DNA of 64,000 bases from Syntrophales bacterium (GTDB lineage Bacteria; Desulfobacterota; Syntrophia; Syntrophales; PHBD01). Position numbers and translations under genes: made by a program. Under the pieces are notes generated by a model. It was not told where the DNA came from. It searched no databases and saw only the letters and a list, made by a program, of their open reading frames with translations. How positions within the stretch are numbered: the stretch's first letter is position 1; the number at the start of each line of letters is the position of its first letter. This document shows positions 28,652 to 36,642 of this stretch, one piece after another. The stretch lies in NCBI GenBank assembly GCA_963668175.1, contig OY764159.1, positions 704,001-768,000 of the forward strand, given 5' to 3'.

Positions 28652-29917
28652 ATGAAAGCTCCCTTGAACAGACGTGTCTTTGTCATAGGCTACGGTGCAG
28701 CCACCCCGCTGGGCGGGACCTTCTCCCAAACCTGGGAACGGGCGGTGAAAGGTGAGGCGGGATTCAGAAAGGTTACCCGCTGCGACGTGAAAACGGTTTG
28801 CGACGTCGTCGGCGAGATTCCTGACTGGAATCCCCGGATGTTCGATTTTACGACGGCCAAAGAGGCCTATAACTGGAACGCTGCCTTTGTTCTTCTGACC
28901 ATGGGTGTCTGCAAGGAGGCTTTGAATCACGCCCGCCTCGAAATGAATGCCGAAACGGGGCCCCGCACGGCTTGCCTGATCGGGTCCGCCCTGAACGGAA
29001 CGGATGCCTTCCGGGTCGCCGTCAACAATCTGCGCGAGAAGGGGGCCCTGAAGATCAGTCCCTATCTGCTTCCCAATTTGTGCGCAAACCTTCCTTCCGG
29101 CAAGGCGGGTATCCTCCTCGGCTTTACGGGACCGATCTTCTCCCCCCAGGGTGCTTGCGCTTCGGGAAATCATGCCGTCGGCATCGGGGCCAGGATGATC
29201 AGGGACGGCGATTGCGATTTTGTCCTTGCCGGGGGCGTGGATATGGCCCTTGTTCCAGAGTTGATTCACGGCTTTGAGAACATGAACGCGACGGTCAAGA
29301 TGACGCCGAAAGACAGGGCCTATCAGGATCCGACCCAGGCTTCCAGGCCTTTCAGCATCGACCGCAAGGGGTTTGTACTGTCAGAAGGAGCGGGGGTTTT
29401 GGTTCTCGCTGCGGAAGAGATGCTGGCCGCCCACGGTCTTACCCCCAAGGCGGAGGTGCTCGGCATCGGGTGGACGTCGGACGCCTTCCATTTCACGAAT
29501 CCCAACCCCGAGACGATCGTCCGGGCCATCAAGGAAGCCGTCGACGATGCGGGTCTTGCGCCCCAGGATATCGAATACGTCAATACGCACGGGACGTCCA
29601 CGCCCAAGGGCGACCTCGTCGAAGTCCAGTGCCTCAGGAAAATATTCGGAGACTATTTGGGGAAGATGCCCATATCGTCCAACAAATCCCAGATCGGCCA
29701 TACGCTGGGCGCCGCGGCGGCCATAGAGGCCGCCCTGACGATCGAGGGCATGAATCGGGGTATTGTCCTGCCGACAATCAACCATATGCCGGACCCCCGC
29801 CTCGACGACGTCGACGTGGTTCCTAATCAGGCCCGCAGGAAACAGGTGGAGATCGCCCTGTCCAATGCGTTCGGGTTCGGTGGGACGAATTGCTGCGTCA
29901 TCTTCAAGGGGGCATGA
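28652..29917 (+). CDS. Beta-ketoacyl-ACP synthase (FabF-like) 2
   Basis: GACASG, NTHGTST, KSQIGH, NAFGFGG; ATG at 28652 just after the previous stop. Confidence 0.92.
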   Translation: MKAPLNRRVFVIGYGAATPLGGTFSQTWERAVKGEAGFRKVTRCDVKTVCDVVGEIPDWNPRMFDFTTAKEAYNWNAAFVLLTMGVCKEALNHARLEMNAETGPRTACLIGSALNGTDAFRVAVNNLREKGALKISPYLLPNLCANLPSGKAGILLGFTGPIFSPQGACASGNHAVGIGARMIRDGDCDFVLAGGVDMALVPELIHGFENMNATVKMTPKDRAYQDPTQASRPFSIDRKGFVLSEGAGVLVLAAEEMLAAHGLTPKAEVLGIGWTSDAFHFTNPNPETIVRAIKEAVDDAGLAPQDIEYVNTHGTSTPKGDLVEVQCLRKIFGDYLGKMPISSNKSQIGHTLGAAAAIEAALTIEGMNRGIVLPTINHMPDPRLDDVDVVPNQARRKQVEIALSNAFGFGGTNCCVIFKGA

Positions 29918-29918
29918 T

Positions 29919-30398
29919 ATGAAGCCAAAACCTTTCCGGCCGGAGCCCTTCTCTGCCGATGAGCGCTACGTGAGGGACACGACGACGGGCCTGACCTGGC
30001 ACCGCTGCCGCAACCGCACGCTCTATGCCGATACGGACCGATCCGCCGTCGTCTACCACGCCAATTATCTGCGCTACTTCGAGCTGGGCCGGGCGACGCT
30101 GATGCGGGATGCGGCCTATCCGTACCGTGAAGTCGAGGACGACGGCTATGTGTACCCGATTATCGAAACGGGCATTACCTTTTACCAGCCGCTATATTAC
30201 GACGACCCCATGTGGGTCCATACCAGGCCGGCCGAGTTGGAGAGGGTACGCCTTAAATTCGAATACGCCGTCACCCACGCGGACACCCAGGTCCTTATCT
30301 GCAAAGGGTTCACCCGGCACTGCGCCCTCAACAAGTCGGGGAGGCCCGTGTCCGTAGATCCCAAGACCGTTCAGCTCTGGAAAAATTTTCCTGCATGA
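29919..30398 (+). CDS. Acyl-CoA/acyl-ACP thioesterase (4HBT/YbgC hotdog family)
   Basis: YADTDRSAVVYHANYLRYFELGR motif. Confidence 0.88.
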   Translation: MKPKPFRPEPFSADERYVRDTTTGLTWHRCRNRTLYADTDRSAVVYHANYLRYFELGRATLMRDAAYPYREVEDDGYVYPIIETGITFYQPLYYDDPMWVHTRPAELERVRLKFEYAVTHADTQVLICKGFTRHCALNKSGRPVSVDPKTVQLWKNFPA

Positions 30399-31240
30399 AA
30401 GAGACGACACGTAAACCTCTCTCCATCGAGGTTCTACCCTATCTACGGGACCACCGGTCCGAAGGGAAAACGGTCCTCCCGGCGGTGGAGGCCCTGCAGC
30501 GGCTGGCGCTGTCCGTCCGGGAGCACTTCCCGGCAATCCATACGCAGGCCATGTATCGCGCCTCTTTCCCGAGGTTTCTCGTCATCGAGCCGGAAGATAG
30601 GAACATCAACGCCTATGGCGAGTTTTTGACGAACGACGGAGGTTATCTCCGTGCGGATCTCGTCACGCTCAGCGTTTCCCCGAAAATGCGGATCGGCCGG
30701 TCCAAAGTCTATGCCTCGGTCTGTTTTAAGGAAAATCCCCCCGATATCGACTTTCCTGAAAGGGATAACGCCTTCGCGGCGGGAGAAGGAGCCTTCACCT
30801 TGTCGGCGGAGCAACTGTACCGGGAACTGGTCCCACTGGGGCCGTCGTACCGCAATGCCTGTGAACCGATCCGCCTGGGACGCCTGGGCGCCACGGGGTA
30901 CCTGAAAGCGCCGGTTCTGCCTGCGCCCGTCGAGCCGCTCGGATCGCCGTTCCCGTTCGATGCCGCGATGCACTGCGCCTGTGCGTGGTCCCAAAGGTAT
31001 TATGGCGTCATCGCCTTTCCTGTCGGTTTCGAACGGCGGATCATCCGCCGCAATACCCGCCCCGGCGGAAACTACCGGTGCCGGATCGTTCCCGTATCGG
31101 AAGAGAAGGGCGTCCTGACCTTCGATATCCGGATTGACGATGAGCAGGACGATCTCTGTGAACTCATAACGGGCGTGAAGATGCAGGATGTCACCGCCGG
31201 CAGGTTGAGCCCGCCCCGGTGGGTCCGGGATAGTGCTTGA
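30395..31240 (+). CDS. Stand-alone polyketide-synthase-type dehydratase (double hotdog, PS-DH)
   Basis: YLRDHRSEGKTVLPA (HxxxGxxxxP), LGPSY, FDAAMH (DxxxH). Confidence 0.8.
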   Translation: MKETTRKPLSIEVLPYLRDHRSEGKTVLPAVEALQRLALSVREHFPAIHTQAMYRASFPRFLVIEPEDRNINAYGEFLTNDGGYLRADLVTLSVSPKMRIGRSKVYASVCFKENPPDIDFPERDNAFAAGEGAFTLSAEQLYRELVPLGPSYRNACEPIRLGRLGATGYLKAPVLPAPVEPLGSPFPFDAAMHCACAWSQRYYGVIAFPVGFERRIIRRNTRPGGNYRCRIVPVSEEKGVLTFDIRIDDEQDDLCELITGVKMQDVTAGRLSPPRWVRDSA

Positions 31241-31271
31241 CAGGACGGAAAAATTCATATTTAGGTGCATT

Positions 31272-31541
31272 ATGACACGTGAAGAGATACTTGCTGAAAT
31301 TATAAGAATATTTCACGAAGAGTTCGAAATCGACAACCCCGGTTTGGACGACAATTTACGGGAAAAATATCATTTTGACAGCATCGATGCCATTGAGTTG
31401 CTCGTGGAAATAGAGAGAATGCTGCGGTCGGAGTTGACCCAGGAAGAGAAGAAGGGGGCGATGGACATAAGGACCATCAACGACATCTGCGACTATATCG
31501 AAGCCCTTATCCGAAAAAGATCGGCTCCGGTGGGCGGTTAG
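31272..31541 (+). CDS. Acyl carrier protein 3
   Basis: YHFDSIDAIELL motif, acidic, about 89 aa. Confidence 0.85.
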   Translation: MTREEILAEIIRIFHEEFEIDNPGLDDNLREKYHFDSIDAIELLVEIERMLRSELTQEEKKGAMDIRTINDICDYIEALIRKRSAPVGG

Positions 31542-31579
31542 AGCTTCCCCTGACGGCCTGACTTGACGGGCCGGCTCCT

Positions 31580-31601
31580 TCCGGTCGGTTCGCCGACCGG
31601 A
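31580..31601 (+). other. Perfect 9-bp stem-loop after ACP3
   Basis: TCCGGTCGG-TTCG-CCGACCGGA with no U tract. Confidence 0.5.
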
Positions 31602-31654
31602 CGTCATGAGCGCATTCTTCAGTTTGACGAAATATTAAGGATAACCTGGAATAT

Positions 31655-32890
31655 ATGGCAAGAAGAGTCGTTATTACGGCCGGTGCGGCCATTACGCCCA
31701 TCGGTCACGGCAAGCAGGAGATCATCGCGAGTCTCTTAAACGGCGTCTCCGGCGTCAAGAGTCTCCGTGAAGACGGGGTCCTGACAGGTTACATCCATTC
31801 GAAGGTCTTCGGAACCGTCGATTATCCGATCGCCTACGATTTTAAGAGGCTGTACCGCAAGACCATGGGGCCCGTCGCCTTTTATGCGTGCCAGGTGGCC
31901 AAGGAAGTCCTGGAACAGGCAGGTCTGGACAGCCAATTTATCACGTCGGGCCGTTTGGGGGTTGCGTTCGGCTCGACACACGGCAGCCCGACCGTCCAGA
32001 GGGACATCTACCGGACTTTCTTCAGTGGCTCCCGTTCGGATTACGCCGCCATCGGGGCCGTCGATTACCTGAAGTCGATGGTCCATACGACGGCGGTCAA
32101 CATTACGAAGATGTTCGGCATCACGGGACGCGTTATTTCCTCGTCGACGGCCTGCACGACGAGCAGCCAGTCGATAGGCTACGGCTACGAAGCGATCAAG
32201 TACGGCATGCAGGATGCGATGATCTGCGGTGGCGCCGATGAATACGACACGACCACCGTGGCTGTGTTCGACAATCTCCTGGCCTGTTCCACCGCATTCA
32301 ACGAAACGCCGCACCTGACACCGAGACCGTTCGACGTCCATCGCGACGGACTGGTCGTCGGGGAAGGGGCCGGGGCGGTCCTCCTTGAAGAGTATGAAAT
32401 GGCGAAGGCACGGGGAGCCGACATCCTGGGCGAAGTCATAGGTTTTGCCTGCAACAACAATGGCGGCGATCTGATTCTTCCCAACCTGAACGGTATCATC
32501 CAGACCATCCGGGTAGGACTGCAGGACGCGGCCATTGCAGCCGACGATGTGGATGTCGTGAGCGCCCACGCGACGGCCACCAAGATGGGCGACGTGATCG
32601 AGGCCCAGGCCATTCACGCGGTATACGGAGACAAACCCCGCGTCGCCGCGTTGAAGAGCTATATGGGGCATACCATGGGATCTTGCGGCGCCATCGAGAC
32701 GATCATCACCCTGTATATGATGGAAAAGGGTTTCATTCCCCCGACCCTGAATCTGGAGGATGTGGACGAAAGGTGTGCCATGATCCGTCATGTCAGGAAG
32801 CTTCAGGAAGACGACGTCCGCGTGGCGGTTATCCAGAATTTCGCCTTCGGCGGGGTGAATACCTGTCTTGTCATCAAAAAATTCTCATAG
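31655..32890 (+). CDS. Beta-ketoacyl-ACP synthase 3 (FabB/FabF family)
   Basis: STACTTSS, SAHATAT, KSYMGH, NFAFGG. Confidence 0.92.
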   Translation: MARRVVITAGAAITPIGHGKQEIIASLLNGVSGVKSLREDGVLTGYIHSKVFGTVDYPIAYDFKRLYRKTMGPVAFYACQVAKEVLEQAGLDSQFITSGRLGVAFGSTHGSPTVQRDIYRTFFSGSRSDYAAIGAVDYLKSMVHTTAVNITKMFGITGRVISSSTACTTSSQSIGYGYEAIKYGMQDAMICGGADEYDTTTVAVFDNLLACSTAFNETPHLTPRPFDVHRDGLVVGEGAGAVLLEEYEMAKARGADILGEVIGFACNNNGGDLILPNLNGIIQTIRVGLQDAAIAADDVDVVSAHATATKMGDVIEAQAIHAVYGDKPRVAALKSYMGHTMGSCGAIETIITLYMMEKGFIPPTLNLEDVDERCAMIRHVRKLQEDDVRVAVIQNFAFGGVNTCLVIKKFS

Positions 32891-32897
32891 ATAGGCC

Positions 32898-33668
32898 ATG
32901 CCGTCCTTACTCAGCATCATCAAACGCCCTATCGATGCCGGAGTGACGCTCCTTCTCTGGAGCTATTACATCCTCGGTTACCTCATCCTGTTTTTCCCTT
33001 TTTATGCCGTCGCCTACTTTGCCGCCCCGGACCGGGAAGCGGCTTTTCAGCGGTTGAATCACCGATTCTACCGAAGTTTCTTCGGCCTTCTGCAATGTAT
33101 TGCCCCGGGGCTGACGATCAGGGCCGACGACCGCATCGGCAATCTCAGGTCATGCGTTGTCGTCTGCAACCATCTTTCCTACCTGGACCCGATCCTGCTC
33201 ATCTCCCTGATCGAAAGACAGAAAACCGTCGTCAAGAGTCTCTTTTTCCGCGTACCCGTCTTCGGTTGGATACTTAAGGAATCCGGGTATATCCCGTCGA
33301 TGATGGACAGGGACTCCTCGTCCCTGATGATGGAACGCGTGGGCGGGATGAGGGACTATCTGGCTGCAGGGGGGAATCTCTTCATCTTTCCGGAGGGACA
33401 CCGGAGCAGGGACGGCAACCCCGGACCTCTGAACAAAGGGGCCTTTATGATCGCCAAACGGTGCCGCGCCCCCGTCGTCATTTTGTCCGTCAAGAATACC
33501 GACCGGCTGTTCACGCCGGGCAAATTCCTCTTCAATACCTGCGTTTCCAATACCATCGAAGTCGAACTGATCGGCCGGATCGATCCGGATGACGACCAGC
33601 ATTATTCCCTGGCCGGCATGCTGGGCCGGGTCCGTTTTTTGTTTGCTAATCGGCAGCGATTAACGTAG
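32898..33668 (+). CDS. Lysophospholipid acyltransferase (PlsC family)
   Basis: NHLSYLD (HxxxxD), FPEGHRS, N-terminal transmembrane helix. Confidence 0.9.
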   Translation: MPSLLSIIKRPIDAGVTLLLWSYYILGYLILFFPFYAVAYFAAPDREAAFQRLNHRFYRSFFGLLQCIAPGLTIRADDRIGNLRSCVVVCNHLSYLDPILLISLIERQKTVVKSLFFRVPVFGWILKESGYIPSMMDRDSSSLMMERVGGMRDYLAAGGNLFIFPEGHRSRDGNPGPLNKGAFMIAKRCRAPVVILSVKNTDRLFTPGKFLFNTCVSNTIEVELIGRIDPDDDQHYSLAGMLGRVRFLFANRQRLT

Positions 33669-33674
33669 AACTGA

Positions 33675-35405
33675 ATGCAAAGGAGGTTTCCGACCATGCA
33701 TGCCCTCAACCGAAGGATCAGAAAGGCAGAAAGTACGGCGTACCGTTTCGGAATTTTTATAACAGCCCTGTGTTTTTGTCTCATGGCCGCCGTCGCTTCT
33801 GCGGAAGCCGTTCCTTCCCGCATCAAGGAGGTCACCCTCTTTCCCAATAAAGCATTGATTAAAAGGGAGGCCGTCGTGACGGCGGGAAAGGGACGCCAGG
33901 AGATCCTTATCGAAGTCGACGCCTACAGGATCGATCATGACTCCGTTTCCGCCAAGGTCTTTGGCGACGGCGAGATATTCAGCGTCCAGTTCCGGGAAAT
34001 GCCCCTGACTGAGGCGCCGCAGGAGAAGATCAAGGCCCTGGAACAGAAGTTAAAGGGATTGAAAAAAGCGAGACGAGCCTTAAACGATGACAAAGAAGTC
34101 CTGAAAAGTAAGGAACAATTTGTCCGTTCGGTGATTCAGTTTTCCGAGCAGCAGGTTCCCAAGGAGATCAAGACCGCTTTTCCCAAGGCGGAGGACCTGG
34201 AAAAGATACTTCGCTTCATCAATGCCAATCTGCAATCGATCAACAGCCAAAAGCAGACGATTGACGCCAGGATAGAAGATCTGGACCGCGAGATTAAAGT
34301 CGTGGAAAGGGATTTGGCGGCGTTGGGCAAGGGACGCCCCGCCGGCAAGCAGGTCATCGAGATCGTCTTCAATTCCAAAAAAGATCAGAAATTGAGAATC
34401 GAGGCGGATTACGTGACGCAAAATGCCTCCTGGTCCCCCCTGTACAAGGTGACGGTCCCCGGTATGGCCGATGCGGCCGGTCTGACGATGTTCGGGAATA
34501 TAAGGCAAAAAACCGGTGAAGATTGGGACCGGGTTGCCCTTTCGATATCGAATGCGGTTCCGCTGGAAGGCGGGGTGCTGCCGTCTTTGTCGAGCTGGAT
34601 CGTGGACATCGAAAGACCACGGCCCAAGGCGAAAAAGGCCAAAAAGGCCGGAGACTCTTTTCTCATGTATAATAAAGCCGCTCCCGCACCGGCTGCCGAA
34701 GCGATGAGAGATGCAGACCGCGATGAAGAGACGGAGAAGACGGAAGCCGCTTTCGTGTCGGCTGAAAGAACGGAATCCCTCCTGGCCTTCGAATATAAGC
34801 TGCCCCAGCCCCTGAGTATCGAATCAAGAGACAAGGAGACGGTGCTTCCGCTCTATACGAAGAGCCTGAAAGGCACTTTCGCCCATTACGCGGTACCCCG
34901 GATGAATAAGGCGACGTTTCTTGTCATGAAGGCAAGCGCCGACGGGGAACTCCTGCCGGGCCCCCTCAACGTCTATTTCGACGGCCGTTTCGTGGGCAAA
35001 ACGATGCTCGGGGACCGGAGGGCCGGGGAGGAGATGAACCTCAACCTCGGTGCCGATCGCGAGGTGAGGGTTCAGCGGGAGGTGATCAGAGACAAGCTGG
35101 AGGAAACCCTGTTCGGGGCCATCGAGAGAAGCACGGTCGTGAGGAACATGGCCTATCGCATCGTCATGGAGAACCTGAAGAAGAAGGAAGTTCACCTGCA
35201 AGTGATGGATTCCGTCCCTGTCTCCCGGAGCGACAAGGTGTCCGTTAAAGATATGAAGATAACGCCGCAACCCAAGGAAAAGAACTATCAGGGACGCGAC
35301 GGCGTCCTGATGTGGGAGGAGGTCCTTAAACCGGGGGAAAAGAAGGAAATCATGGTTGAGTTCGTTGTAACCTACCCTAAAGATATGCCTGTGGTGGGCT
35401 TGTAG
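33675..35405 (+). CDS. Secreted DUF4140/DUF4139 (MuiA-like) protein
   Basis: SRIKEVTLFP, coiled coil, ASWSPLY, RQKTGEDW, YFDGRFVG, signal peptide. Confidence 0.85.
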   Translation: MQRRFPTMHALNRRIRKAESTAYRFGIFITALCFCLMAAVASAEAVPSRIKEVTLFPNKALIKREAVVTAGKGRQEILIEVDAYRIDHDSVSAKVFGDGEIFSVQFREMPLTEAPQEKIKALEQKLKGLKKARRALNDDKEVLKSKEQFVRSVIQFSEQQVPKEIKTAFPKAEDLEKILRFINANLQSINSQKQTIDARIEDLDREIKVVERDLAALGKGRPAGKQVIEIVFNSKKDQKLRIEADYVTQNASWSPLYKVTVPGMADAAGLTMFGNIRQKTGEDWDRVALSISNAVPLEGGVLPSLSSWIVDIERPRPKAKKAKKAGDSFLMYNKAAPAPAAEAMRDADRDEETEKTEAAFVSAERTESLLAFEYKLPQPLSIESRDKETVLPLYTKSLKGTFAHYAVPRMNKATFLVMKASADGELLPGPLNVYFDGRFVGKTMLGDRRAGEEMNLNLGADREVRVQREVIRDKLEETLFGAIERSTVVRNMAYRIVMENLKKKEVHLQVMDSVPVSRSDKVSVKDMKITPQPKEKNYQGRDGVLMWEEVLKPGEKKEIMVEFVVTYPKDMPVVGL

Positions 35406-35512
35406 TTACATTAATCCGGCGAAATGTCCTGATGAGACTTCAAATATCGCCGGCCTATATCAGACAGACGAAGGAAGATGGTGGGTTTATCATTCAATCA
35501 TAAGGAGAGGCT

Positions 35513-36178
35513 ATGAGATTTTCGGAGGACATCTACGTTTATGAGTGGACAGACATGTACGAAAACAACTGCAACAGCTTCTATATCGCCGGGGATGTTC
35601 ATGCCCTGGTCGATCCGGGCCTGGCGAGCCGTGTGCCCGACCTGCTGGACAGCATGAAGATAGACGGATTAAAGCAGAGCGATATCCGCTACGTCATCAA
35701 TACCCACTCCCACCCCGATCATTTCGACGGCTCTCGTCATTTCGACGGGAAAGACGTCCAGATCGCGCTCCATGAAGAAGAGATGGCATTTCTCAATGGT
35801 CCTGGCGGGGACCTCTATTCCCTGTTCGGTCTCAATCATCCGAATGTCCATGTCAATCTTCCCCTGAAAACCGGCGAAATCATGCTGGGAAGCGAGAAGT
35901 TCGACATTATCCATATCCCCGGTCATTCGCCCGGGTCCATAGGCCTGTATTATCCGAAAACCAAAGCCCTTTTCTGCGGCGATGTCATCTTCGATCAAAA
36001 CGTCGGCAGGACCGATTTCCCGGGAGGAAGCGGCAACCTGCTCAAAAAGAGCATCCTCGCCATGTCCAAACTGGACGTGGAATGCCTGTTTCCGGGACAT
36101 ATGGGCATCATCGACGGTTCCCAAAACGTCCAGAATAATTTTCGACTGGTGATTCAGAGTATTTTCCCGTATTTGTAA
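35513..36178 (+). CDS. MBL-fold metallo-hydrolase (glyoxalase II-like)
   Basis: THSHPDH, PGHSPG, GDVIF, GRTDFPGG, PGH. Confidence 0.9.
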   Translation: MRFSEDIYVYEWTDMYENNCNSFYIAGDVHALVDPGLASRVPDLLDSMKIDGLKQSDIRYVINTHSHPDHFDGSRHFDGKDVQIALHEEEMAFLNGPGGDLYSLFGLNHPNVHVNLPLKTGEIMLGSEKFDIIHIPGHSPGSIGLYYPKTKALFCGDVIFDQNVGRTDFPGGSGNLLKKSILAMSKLDVECLFPGHMGIIDGSQNVQNNFRLVIQSIFPYL

Positions 36179-36447
36179 GCAAACGCCGTTTCAGTTTTTA
36201 GAACGACGGTTTATAGCCCGGACATTCTGATTTTTTCTGAATAAGGATTTTCGGAAAGATATCCGTTGCACGGGCCAATGCCCCCTTTCTTAAGGATCGG
36301 GGCTGTTTGCCTGTGGTTTTTCCGTTTTCACGATGGTGATGTCCCGTTTTCAAAAAACTTCCTTCACTTTGCCTCTGAAAAAATCCGTATCCGTCCTGTT
36401 GAATTTCCGTAAATAGTCATTATTATAGAAACAAGGAGGAAAGGATT

Positions 36448-36642
36448 ATGACGATTAAAATAAAAGGAATGTCCTGCAACCATTGTGTTATGGCCGTCAC
36501 CAAGGCTTTAAGCGGCATAGAAGGCCTCAAGGACGTCAAGGTCGATTTGGCTAAAGGCGAGGCTGATTTTAGAAACGATAACTCCGTCGATCTCAAGGTG
36601 ATTAAGAGCGCCGTTGAAAAAGCGGGGTACGAAGTTGGTTGA
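36448..36642 (+). CDS. copZ: Copper chaperone (HMA domain)
   Basis: GMSCNHC, AGY; strong RBS; adjacent to a P1B ATPase. Confidence 0.88.
   Translation: MTIKIKGMSCNHCVMAVTKALSGIEGLKDVKVDLAKGEADFRNDNSVDLKVIKSAVEKAGYEVG

Noticed and set aside
15966..33668. Calling the lipid cluster a definite ladderane or aryl-polyene cluster
   Set aside because: Ladderanes are known only from anammox bacteria, and hallmark aryl-polyene genes (chain-length factor, glycosyltransferase, LolA, MMPL, FabG, aromatic starter enzymes) are not seen. Only resemblance is supported.
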